Below, one piece after another: positions 38,795 to 47,680 of a DNA stretch of 64,000 nt. The notes beneath the pieces are model-generated. The model did not search any database. It worked only from the letters and a program-made list of their open reading frames with translations, and was not told where the DNA came from. Made by a program: the position numbers and the translations under genes. The number at the start of each line of letters is the position of its first letter. The stretch's first letter is position 1. Source of the DNA: a bacterium (lineage in GTDB: Bacteria; Zhuqueibacterota; QNDG01; DSAB01); the NCBI GenBank assembly GCA_011388275.1, contig DSAB01000119.1, positions 41,285-105,284 on the forward strand, in the 5' to 3' direction.

Positions 38795-40246
38795 TCATCC
38801 TTCACGGTAAACAACGCGGGAATCCATCATTCGATGATGCCGTAGAGACTCCATGCACCGACGAAAGATCATATTCTGAAAAAACAATCTCTGGCCCCAT
38901 GAACTGGCGAACAGGCTGCCTGCCAACCGGCTCAGGAATCCCGTTTCCCCGATTATAAGCTGGACAGCCCTTCTCGTGACATCCTTTTCAATTCTTCTGG
39001 CCATTTTGAGCAATCTCTTTCTTTGCTCTCTGTTCAGTTCCGGGGTCTCGAATACGGGTTCGTTCTCATTCTCCGTGACACTGTTCAGATAAATTTCCGG
39101 AGACTTGATAAACGCATCCCGCTCCTGTATTATGTCATACAGTTCGGTACCCGGATAGGGAATCGGGTTATTCAAAATGACGCGGCGAACCGGATACTTC
39201 TGAACCAGCCGGAAACTGTCCATCACGTCATCCCAGGTCTCGAAGGGCATACCAAAAATACAGAACAGTTTGACATCGTATCCAAGATCGCAGGCTGTCC
39301 TGATCGCACGTTCGATCTGTTCGATGGATTCTCCCTTTTTATTGGCACGCAGCATACGGTCGTTGCCCCCATCCACACCAAATGCGATATAGTGAAATCC
39401 CACATCTTTCATGCGTTTAAGCAGCTTCCGATCCACCCGGTCCGCCCTCAGTCCGTTGGAACACCGGAATTCCGCATCGGTCAGTCCCCTTTTTTTAATT
39501 TCGTCACACAACTTCAGGACGCGATCTCTCGATAAAGTGAAGTTGTCGTCGTCAAAATTAAAAACACGATAGGATCTTCGGTGCCAATACTCGATCTCAT
39601 CGGCGACATGCGCGGGACTGCGCGGGCGAAATTTTTGAGTAATCATCCGGTTTGGACAAAATATACATTGCAGAGGGCACCCCCGGCTCGAATTGATGGG
39701 TATTTCTTTGATATAGCGATCCAGTTCGAATCCCTGATAGGTGGGAAACGGAATCGCATCAAGATCCGTTTGGGGTGCACGGTTTCCGTTGAACACAATC
39801 CCTTCCGGTTTCCGGTGAATAAGACCCCCGATCCGGTTGAAATGTTCTCCGCGGCAAAGTTCCACCAGCGTTTCTTCTCCTTCGTGAACCACACCGAAAT
39901 CAATCGACGGGCATCCTTCGAGCACCCGTTCCCGGCACACCGTCACATGTGGCCCTCCGGCCACAATCCCAACATGAGGGTAATGATCCTTGATCACCCG
40001 GATCATCTCATAGGTCTTCCTGTATTCCAGAGATACCATGCTGATGCCGATCAGGTCGGGCTGAAACCATTCGATCTTTCTGATCAGCCTCTTGAGGCTT
40101 CCTCCGAACCGCATATCCAGTACATCATAATGAATGTTATTCGCCAAAAGGGATTCCGCCAGATAACCCAGGTTTTGCGGCGGTCGGGCGGCTCCCAGAT
40201 AGCTGGAAGAAGGAGGGCTGATTAACAGAATCCGGTTATAGCGCAT
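38795..40246 (-). CDS. Cobalamin-binding radical SAM enzyme (class B methyltransferase-like)
   Basis: N-terminal B12-binding domain (PPQNLGYLA, GGPHVT, GEGE-like HEGEET); SRGCPLQCIFC; FDDDNFT. Confidence 0.9.
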   Translation of the reverse strand: MRYNRILLISPPSSSYLGAARPPQNLGYLAESLLANNIHYDVLDMRFGGSLKRLIRKIEWFQPDLIGISMVSLEYRKTYEMIRVIKDHYPHVGIVAGGPHVTVCRERVLEGCPSIDFGVVHEGEETLVELCRGEHFNRIGGLIHRKPEGIVFNGNRAPQTDLDAIPFPTYQGFELDRYIKEIPINSSRGCPLQCIFCPNRMITQKFRPRSPAHVADEIEYWHRRSYRVFNFDDDNFTLSRDRVLKLCDEIKKRGLTDAEFRCSNGLRADRVDRKLLKRMKDVGFHYIAFGVDGGNDRMLRANKKGESIEQIERAIRTACDLGYDVKLFCIFGMPFETWDDVMDSFRLVQKYPVRRVILNNPIPYPGTELYDIIQERDAFIKSPEIYLNSVTENENEPVFETPELNREQRKRLLKMARRIEKDVTRRAVQLIIGETGFLSRLAGSLFASSWGQRLFFQNMIFRRCMESLRHHRMMDSRVVYREG

Positions 40247-41006
40247 CAGGCACGCCTCCCTTTTTCAACCGATTATTGAGTTTTCGAACCTCATGAAACG
40301 GCATCGTCTTATAATGTTTCCCTTTTGTCCGAGACTTTATCGTGACAATTTGATGATCACGGACCTTCAAGACAGCGTCGGCCAGCAATTCAGCGCCACG
40401 AACAACGGCCCGGTCATTGATAGAATCCACGGTATCTCCGGGTCGAACAGTCAGCTTCTCGCGTATCACAACAGGGCCGGTATCTATTCCCGCGTCGACG
40501 AAATGCACACTCACGCCCGGACAATCTCCTTTCAGCAGCGCATAGGCGTTTGCACCCAGGCCCCGATATTCCGGAAGCCATCCGGGATGCGCGTTCAGGC
40601 AGCCCAATCGGGCTGTCTGGAATATTTCCGGCTTGAGAATAGGCGCCGACGCAATGACCAGCAAATCGGGCTTCAAGGAATTCAGCAGACGAATGCATTC
40701 CATTGAATTAAACAGCCCCACAGGAATCGACGGGATGCCCGCCCGCGAAGCAAGATCAAGAATCGTTTCGGATGATCTTCGCAGCCGCAGAGTCTGCCGG
40801 ACACGCCAGCAGGCGGACATTAAACCATCTTTCACGACTTTCCGCTTGAATCGATTCCACTTCTTCCGTCGGCTCTGTGCTTCATAGACCACAGCCTTGA
40901 CAGGTATCTTTCTTTCAAGAAAGGTTTTCATGACAATCCATCCGGCAGGATTATCCGGATAAGCCAATATAACCGTTGAGAATTCCTCAGAAATCGATGA
41001 CATCAT
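40236..41006 (-). CDS. N10-formyl-THF-dependent formyltransferase (Fmt-like)
   Basis: CLNAHPGWLPEYRG and HFVDAGIDTGP retain the N/H/D triad. ATG 41006 overlaps the psd-like stop. Confidence 0.85.
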   Translation of the reverse strand: MMSSISEEFSTVILAYPDNPAGWIVMKTFLERKIPVKAVVYEAQSRRKKWNRFKRKVVKDGLMSACWRVRQTLRLRRSSETILDLASRAGIPSIPVGLFNSMECIRLLNSLKPDLLVIASAPILKPEIFQTARLGCLNAHPGWLPEYRGLGANAYALLKGDCPGVSVHFVDAGIDTGPVVIREKLTVRPGDTVDSINDRAVVRGAELLADAVLKVRDHQIVTIKSRTKGKHYKTMPFHEVRKLNNRLKKGGVPDAL

Positions 41007-41821
41007 GAATCTCCGGACAGTGAAAATTGTGCCAGAATGGTTTCTCCCGCCCGGACCTTTTGACCTTTTTCCACTGTTAAAGTCAGATGCGGAAAAACCG
41101 GAATGACGATATCCACCTGTGATCCGAATACAATCCTGCCGGTACGCTGTCCTCTGTCGACCGATTCCCCGGCCCGGACATATGATCGGATACGGCGAAC
41201 CAGGCGTGAAGCAATCTGAACAACAGCCACCTGCCATTCTTTATGCTGAATAATTGTTGTGACCCGTTCGTTAAGAAAGACCGATTCCGTTCTTCTCAGA
41301 GACAGAAACGCGCCTGGAATATATTTGACCATGGTCACTCTCCCTGAAAGAGGCGCACGGTTGACATGAACATCCAATATTCTCATCTCAATGCCTATCA
41401 GCCAACCATCCTTTTGGCTGACAGGAGTGTGGACGAGTTCTTCCAGAATATGTTTATCCTTTTTCTTGGTTGCAATCGGGATTTGCCCCTTTCCGATGCG
41501 AACCACATACCGAACGATTCCATCCGCCGGAGAAACAATGATATCGGGTTCACGCGGTGTGGTTCGATTCGGATCCCTATAGAATCGAAACAGGATCACA
41601 GCGCCTATCCAAAAACACTGTAAAACGACGCTCAGTGCCACTATCCCCGTCAAAGTTATATTTGAAATCAGCGGAGAGCACAGATAAACCGTTCCTCCGC
41701 CGAGAAGACCGATCAACATACCGCCTGACGCTCCGATTTTCCAGCCCAAATTGAGTTTAAGAGCCAGTCCTGTGCAGATTACAATCCCTGTTATCAGATT
41801 CCATATCCATGGATTCGACAT
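41003..41821 (-). CDS. psd: Phosphatidylserine decarboxylase-like pyruvoyl enzyme with N-terminal TM helices
   Basis: FYRDPNR, IVSPADG, DVHVNRAP, NER, QIAS..VRRI, FGSQVD self-cleavage site. Start set at ATG 41821. Confidence 0.8.
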   Translation of the reverse strand: MSNPWIWNLITGIVICTGLALKLNLGWKIGASGGMLIGLLGGGTVYLCSPLISNITLTGIVALSVVLQCFWIGAVILFRFYRDPNRTTPREPDIIVSPADGIVRYVVRIGKGQIPIATKKKDKHILEELVHTPVSQKDGWLIGIEMRILDVHVNRAPLSGRVTMVKYIPGAFLSLRRTESVFLNERVTTIIQHKEWQVAVVQIASRLVRRIRSYVRAGESVDRGQRTGRIVFGSQVDIVIPVFPHLTLTVEKGQKVRAGETILAQFSLSGDS

Positions 41822-41822
41822 T

Positions 41823-43085
41823 TTAAAAACCTCTCTTTTTCCATAACGCGGCCAAAAGCAGCCATTCTCCGAAGAATGGAAGCGGATCCCGGAGCGACCA
41901 TACAGCAAACTCCTTTTTCCCCTTCATGGACTGTATGTATTGATTAATCCGCATGCGTCCCCGAAGTATTTCCAGAGCTGCTGTGGGAACATCCGTTGTC
42001 AGTCGTACCCACTTTTCAGCCGGCCTGAAACGAGTTTTGACATGCAATGCCTGACGGCCTGTATTCGGGCGAGAGTCGATAACCAGATCATGATAGACCA
42101 TCCAGGGAAGGTTCACGCCGGCTCCGACAGCCAAACTGTGCCAACCCCAGATTCTGGGGTTGATCTCAAGCATTTTGAATTGCTCATCACGCGGATCCCG
42201 TATGAATTCCACTTCGGCCAGTCCATAATAGTCAATGGACCTTAAAAATTTTTCTGATATTTTCTTCAGAAGGGGAATGTTGACGATCTCGACATAGGTG
42301 CTGGCCTGACCGAAATCCATGGGATGCTGGCGCAGCCTCTGTGCCGTGATACCAGCCACACTTTTTGTGTTCTTGAAAAATGGACAAAAAGAAAACAGAT
42401 TGGCCGCGACATCCGGTATCAACTCTTGAACAATGATTTCACTCGATGGAATAACTGCCGCCGCGGATGCATAGGCCCTTCGAAGTTCATCGCGACTATA
42501 CGCTGGAAAGACTTTCTTTCCCGTTTTCCGGAAAAACGGTCTCATGACCGCCGGCTTGACAACAGCCGGAAACGGTATGTTTGAATCTTCCAAATCATCG
42601 AACGATCCCGGAAAAAAAGTCTGTGGAATCGGGATACCGAGCTTGGCAGCCTGTTTATACGTTTCTCTTTTATCATAAACAAACGCAATGGATGACCAGT
42701 CCGGCGTCATAAGTCGAAAACAGCGGCTCAAAAGCTTGTGATTCCTAGATAAAAAATGAACGCTTTCATCATCCGTCGGATAAATAACAGCACCACGAAG
42801 AAGCGGTTTGTTTCCCCATTCAAGAAAACATTGAAGCGCCTGGGCCTCCATTCGAATATCGGGCATCTTCAGACTGCCGCTTAGGAATCTGGAAAATCGG
42901 GAGAGATTGGGTTCATGATCCGCCACGTAGACCCGAACTCCTTTGCATGCCAAAGCACGAACAGTTCCCAAACCCTGAAAATGTCCGCCAATCACAATGG
43001 CAGGCGCTTTTTCTTGCCGGTTTTTCACAGTATCACTCCCTCTGCGCTCATGCAAAACGGAATCAAAATACGTTCCAGCCGTCAT
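41823..43085 (-). CDS. ATP-grasp carboxylate-amine ligase (D-aspartate ligase-like)
   Basis: LGTVRALA..G, PTDDES, DKRETY, P.VVKP, IVQELIP, EVEFIRD.RD...KMLEINPR.WG. Confidence 0.85.
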   Translation of the reverse strand: MTAGTYFDSVLHERRGSDTVKNRQEKAPAIVIGGHFQGLGTVRALACKGVRVYVADHEPNLSRFSRFLSGSLKMPDIRMEAQALQCFLEWGNKPLLRGAVIYPTDDESVHFLSRNHKLLSRCFRLMTPDWSSIAFVYDKRETYKQAAKLGIPIPQTFFPGSFDDLEDSNIPFPAVVKPAVMRPFFRKTGKKVFPAYSRDELRRAYASAAAVIPSSEIIVQELIPDVAANLFSFCPFFKNTKSVAGITAQRLRQHPMDFGQASTYVEIVNIPLLKKISEKFLRSIDYYGLAEVEFIRDPRDEQFKMLEINPRIWGWHSLAVGAGVNLPWMVYHDLVIDSRPNTGRQALHVKTRFRPAEKWVRLTTDVPTAALEILRGRMRINQYIQSMKGKKEFAVWSLRDPLPFFGEWLLLAALWKKRGF

Positions 43086-45361
43086 TTCCCGGCTTCGATT
43101 TCATCGGAATAGGTCATATAATAGGAGTGATACCCATAGTAAGACTTCGGGTCCATGCCGTTCAGTACGGCCCCCAAAATAGTGGCGTCGACACTGTTCA
43201 GGAGTTCCAGTGAACGTCGAATGAACTGTTTCTTCGTTTCATTGACCCGCACAACCAGGACAACTCCATCCACAAAGGAAGCCAACACGGTTGCATCCGT
43301 TACCGGCAGAAGCGGAGGACTGTCCAGAATGACTATTCCGAAATGTTTTCGGGCTTCGTGTATGAATAACTGCATCTCCCTGGAACAAAGCAGTTCAGAG
43401 GCATTTTTCACCAGGGCTCCGGCCGGCATCAGAAACAGGTTTTTTACCGAAGTTTCGCGTATAACCTCTTTCCAATGCAATGCATGTCCCAGATGATGGG
43501 TCAACCCGTTTTTGCTCTGTGTTCCCAGAAACAGCATGTCGAGTACCGGCCTGCGCAGATCGCTGTCAACCAGCAAAGTTCGTACTCCTTTGTTGGCAAA
43601 AGTAATCGCCAGATTGGCGGATGTTGTGGATTTGCCTTCTGACGCTCCTGCACTGGTGATGAGAATCGCCCGGTTTTTCAATTTATTGTTTGTAAAATAG
43701 ATGGAGGTTCTTATCACCCGATAAGCCTCCGCAATGGATGAATATCCCTGACGATGCGTGAGCAGATGAGAAAAAATATCACGGGCCCGATTCACTTTGG
43801 ATTTCTCGGATCTTTTTGTTTTACCCCGTTTTTTCTCCGAGACGGTTGGAACCGTTCCGATGACACGAATTCCGAATTGGAACAAATCGCTTTCATCGTA
43901 TACCGTGTCCCGTAAATATTCCTGCCCATAGGCGTACCCGAATGCCAGAAGCACGCCGAAAAAACCGGCCAGCAGCAAAGTCAGTTTCTTTTTTGGAAAC
44001 ATCGCTTCACCCGGAGGAGCAGCCAGATCCACAACACGGATGATGTTCATCTGACCCGCCTCCCGGATTCGAGCTTCTTCATATTTTTCACGCAGCATGA
44101 TATACAATTTATTGTTTACCTGAACATCCCGTTCCAGTTTGGCCAGTTCACGGTCTTTATCCGGGATCGATTCCATTCTTTGAGTATATTCCGCCAGAAC
44201 CAGACGCAATTCGTTACGCCTGGCGAGATGGGATTTTTGCAATGTTTCCAGTTCCAGTATCTGTTCCATTAGAGTTTCAGATCGGCTCAGCGGGTTTATA
44301 CCTGCCATTCCTGAATTCACCAGCTTCCGGGTCTCTTCGATCACTCTTTGGTTAATTCCATTGAGACGGTCATCCATCTCTTTCAGCTTAACGTTTTGGC
44401 GTGTATCCAAACCCGCCCCGATGAGCTGAGATTCAAAAGCCGCCCTTCTGTTCATCAGTTCCGCACGTTCGTTTCTCAATCTGGACAATTCCGGTGTAGA
44501 CAATCGGCTCACATTCTCCACCAATGACCTTTGATTCTCGTCCAATTGAGCCTTTAAAAACGCGAGCTGTGTATCAACGGCTTCCAGATCGGTTTTCGTC
44601 TGTTTATAGACAGTTTCAAATTCGCTGATACGTTGAACAAGCTGTTCTGTTTCACTGTTCAGGGATACCACGCCATGAAATTTCTTGAAATTGGTCAATC
44701 GGGCTTCCGCTTCGGCGAGTTGGTGTTCCATTTCCATGAGTTTCTCTTCCAGAAACATCCTGGTTTTATTGACCTGGCCTTGCGTATCCGAGCGATGATA
44801 ATCCTGATAAGCCTGGATCCAGGCATTTACAATGACCGCCGCTTCCCAGGGTCTGGAAGCGACAGCACGCAATTCAACGATATCCGTATCGCGGCCGTAA
44901 ATGACTTTGGTTTGTGACTGAAAATCAGCACCCGCTTCCTGAAGTGTCAAAGGGCCTGAAGGTTGTTTTTCTTTTTTTCTGATACCCAGCCGGTTTCCAA
45001 TGCCTTCAGTCTTCTCCTGATCATTGCCCGCCCCCAAAATCACCAGCGAGTCCGCATAGGGGGATTCCTGCAAACGGTGAATGACATCCAGCGCCAGACT
45101 GTGACTCTGCAAAATAGCGACTTGATTCTTGATGAGATTTTTCTGAAAAAAAACATTTGGAAAATCAAAAATTTGTCCATGGAGGTCACCCTCCTGAATA
45201 GAAAGAGATGCCGAAGCCTGATAGACGGGCTTTGCGACTGTCAGAAAGATCACGGTAAGTGTAATAACCGCGATAAAAGTAATGATCGCCCCTTTCCCGT
45301 GTATTTTGAGAGGGCGAAACACTTCACCCAGGTCAGCCGTTTGTCTTTGTTTTTCATTCAT
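43082..45361 (-). CDS. wzc: Wzc polysaccharide co-polymerase / tyrosine autokinase
   Basis: Two TM helices flanking a coiled-coil periplasmic region; EAYRVIRT, TSAGASEGKST, VDSDLRRP, DSPP; C-terminal Tyr cluster YYGYHSYYMTY. Confidence 0.93.
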   Translation of the reverse strand: MNEKQRQTADLGEVFRPLKIHGKGAIITFIAVITLTVIFLTVAKPVYQASASLSIQEGDLHGQIFDFPNVFFQKNLIKNQVAILQSHSLALDVIHRLQESPYADSLVILGAGNDQEKTEGIGNRLGIRKKEKQPSGPLTLQEAGADFQSQTKVIYGRDTDIVELRAVASRPWEAAVIVNAWIQAYQDYHRSDTQGQVNKTRMFLEEKLMEMEHQLAEAEARLTNFKKFHGVVSLNSETEQLVQRISEFETVYKQTKTDLEAVDTQLAFLKAQLDENQRSLVENVSRLSTPELSRLRNERAELMNRRAAFESQLIGAGLDTRQNVKLKEMDDRLNGINQRVIEETRKLVNSGMAGINPLSRSETLMEQILELETLQKSHLARRNELRLVLAEYTQRMESIPDKDRELAKLERDVQVNNKLYIMLREKYEEARIREAGQMNIIRVVDLAAPPGEAMFPKKKLTLLLAGFFGVLLAFGYAYGQEYLRDTVYDESDLFQFGIRVIGTVPTVSEKKRGKTKRSEKSKVNRARDIFSHLLTHRQGYSSIAEAYRVIRTSIYFTNNKLKNRAILITSAGASEGKSTTSANLAITFANKGVRTLLVDSDLRRPVLDMLFLGTQSKNGLTHHLGHALHWKEVIRETSVKNLFLMPAGALVKNASELLCSREMQLFIHEARKHFGIVILDSPPLLPVTDATVLASFVDGVVLVVRVNETKKQFIRRSLELLNSVDATILGAVLNGMDPKSYYGYHSYYMTYSDEIEAGK

Positions 45362-46628
45362 GATAACGCCTTATAAAATCCCAAATTGTAACACCATCAA
45401 TGTCTCCGGTAACTGCCAGACAGCATTTTCGATTCTCAGGCCATCGCCAAATTCTCATCAGCGGACCTTGAACCGGCAAAGAGTAATCACCTGATAAGTC
45501 CCTTTTCAGTTTCATCTCGTCGGAAGGAAGCAGTACTGTGCTGTACTGCCGATGATTCATTAATTCATATGGATACCCTTCCTGCCTCATCCATGCTGTT
45601 ATATCCTGAGAGCAACCTGGATCGATTCCAACGATCGGATGCTCCTTTCCCGAGAATTTCCATGGAGTTCCTTGAACCGTAAAGTTTCCAGGCCCATCAC
45701 ATGTGTAACCTTTCGTTCCTTTGACCAGAAGAGTGGCCCGGCTGCTTCCCTCCAGGCAAATCTCCTTTATCCCCGAATCACTCTCTCTGATAATGAATTG
45801 AACGGAATCCCGTTCAATCCACCATTCTGCGATTTCCTGAAGAGATGCGATCCAGACATTTTCACTTTGAGCTTTTCGCAAAATCGTTTCCAAAGCGCGG
45901 TTGAATTGAAAATACCGTTCGGGATGCAGCTGCAGCACAAGACATTCTCCTGTCTGACAGGCCCGTTCCAGCATTCGGCTCCATACAGCTGCCAGTACTT
46001 CCTGTTTTCGTATTCCCAACCTTTCGATCAGAATATCGTCATCGGGCATAGCAACCGGTATTTCCACCATCTCCCCGATGAACCGAGGCAGGGATGCCGA
46101 ACCCGAATCCATCGGTTGATATGTTTCCAGAATGGTTTGAAAATTTTTCCAGCGGCTGCGTGAACATTTTCTTGAGGACAGGTTTTCCCAAAGAATGACT
46201 TCACTGCTGTCCCATCGGAAGCCCGCTTCCGCCAGCCATTCAATTCTGTGTTTGTCACGTCTCAAATAAGGGAATCTAAATCCTTCACACGGATAACCGG
46301 CTTTATTGAAAAGGGCCATCGCTTCCTGAAAATGCGACGCGTTCTGAGTACGATCCATCATTGTATAATCCACGTGCCGTAACCCATGGATCGCCAAAAC
46401 AGCCCCCTGCTTCATCAACCTTTGAAAAAGGGACGGATTTTTATCCAGCACAACGGCTGTGGTCGGAAATGTCGGTTTGGCCTGATAGCGTTCCATTAGA
46501 TCCATAAATTGAATGACCGATCGGCTGAATCGTCTTTTTCCCAATCCGTATCGGTACAATATGGAAAAAACACGCCCCAGGTTATTTGCAAACGATCTCG
46601 TACTCAGGCGTTTGACCAATTGCTCCAT
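45354..46628 (-). CDS. CE4/NodB-fold polysaccharide deacetylase-like protein, apparently circularly permuted
   Basis: PTFPTTA, LAIHGLRH, GFRFPYL, EIPV, LHPE near the N-terminus; the motif-1-like WPENRKCCLAVTGDID is at the extreme C-terminus. Confidence 0.72.
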   Translation of the reverse strand: MEQLVKRLSTRSFANNLGRVFSILYRYGLGKRRFSRSVIQFMDLMERYQAKPTFPTTAVVLDKNPSLFQRLMKQGAVLAIHGLRHVDYTMMDRTQNASHFQEAMALFNKAGYPCEGFRFPYLRRDKHRIEWLAEAGFRWDSSEVILWENLSSRKCSRSRWKNFQTILETYQPMDSGSASLPRFIGEMVEIPVAMPDDDILIERLGIRKQEVLAAVWSRMLERACQTGECLVLQLHPERYFQFNRALETILRKAQSENVWIASLQEIAEWWIERDSVQFIIRESDSGIKEICLEGSSRATLLVKGTKGYTCDGPGNFTVQGTPWKFSGKEHPIVGIDPGCSQDITAWMRQEGYPYELMNHRQYSTVLLPSDEMKLKRDLSGDYSLPVQGPLMRIWRWPENRKCCLAVTGDIDGVTIWDFIRRYHE

Positions 46629-46653
46629 CGATCCGGTCCTTCCTTCTTTGGGT

Positions 46654-47640
46654 TTATATGGAATGGTATCCCATCGCCAATGCCCTGACTTTCTTGCCGT
46701 TTATACCTCTCAGCCAATCATGCGTCATGACCAGTCCTTTCTGCATATTGGTCGTTGGAGCCCATCGCAGCATGCGTCTTATCTTTTCAATGTTCAGAAC
46801 TCTTCTACGGATATTATCAATATCCCGCTTATCGACATACACGGGATCGGCCTTATATTGAGCAATTTTCATCATAGTTGAAGACAAATCATAGATACTC
46901 GTCTCTTTTCCCGAACTGACATTAAAAACCTCTCCGACCGCTTTGGGACTTAATGCGGCCAGCAAGGTGGCTTCCACCACATCGGAAACGTAGGTGAAAT
47001 CCCGAGTCTGATCACCGTCGCCGTGAATATGCGGCGGCTGGCCTTGCAAAATCCAGTCGAAAAATTTTGAAATGACCCCGCAATATGGGTTTTGAGGAGA
47101 TTGATTGATTCCATAAACATTTGAAAACCGCATGACAACCGTGGGCACTCCATATGATTCATAAAATGCCGAACAAAAATTTTCTCCCGAAAGCTTGCTG
47201 GCCGCATATGGGCTGAGTGTACTGATACGATCATCTTCATTGATGGGCAAGTATTTCGGATTTCCATACACCGAAGCGGAAGAGGAATACACAACGCGCT
47301 CGACACCGTATTTTTTCGCGGCCAGAAGCACTGTAAACGTTCCGCCTGAATTGACCTTGAAATCCAGCAAAGGCGATACGGTTGACACAATGATATTTCG
47401 GACCGCCAGATGAAAAACAATATCGGCCCTTTTCACCAGTCGATCGACCAATTGCGCGTTGGTTACAGTACCCTCTATAAAATTGATGTACTTCAGGCAG
47501 TCGATATTCTCTTTTTGTCCTGTAAGCAAATCGTCGAGGACGGTCACATCCGCCCCTTCTTTGACCAGCGCGGACACCAGGTTTGATCCGATGAATCCAG
47601 CCCCCCCGGTCACCAGGATTCTCTTATTACGAAAACGCAT
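46654..47640 (-). CDS. NAD-dependent nucleotide-sugar epimerase/dehydratase (extended SDR)
   Basis: TGGAGFIGS, SSASVYG, YAASK, RFSNVYG, RDFTYV.D. Confidence 0.93.
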   Translation of the reverse strand: MRFRNKRILVTGGAGFIGSNLVSALVKEGADVTVLDDLLTGQKENIDCLKYINFIEGTVTNAQLVDRLVKRADIVFHLAVRNIIVSTVSPLLDFKVNSGGTFTVLLAAKKYGVERVVYSSSASVYGNPKYLPINEDDRISTLSPYAASKLSGENFCSAFYESYGVPTVVMRFSNVYGINQSPQNPYCGVISKFFDWILQGQPPHIHGDGDQTRDFTYVSDVVEATLLAALSPKAVGEVFNVSSGKETSIYDLSSTMMKIAQYKADPVYVDKRDIDNIRRRVLNIEKIRRMLRWAPTTNMQKGLVMTHDWLRGINGKKVRALAMGYHSI

Positions 47641-47680
47641 CAGACAACCTCTTCATTTAATGAATTGTTTGATCTCATTC

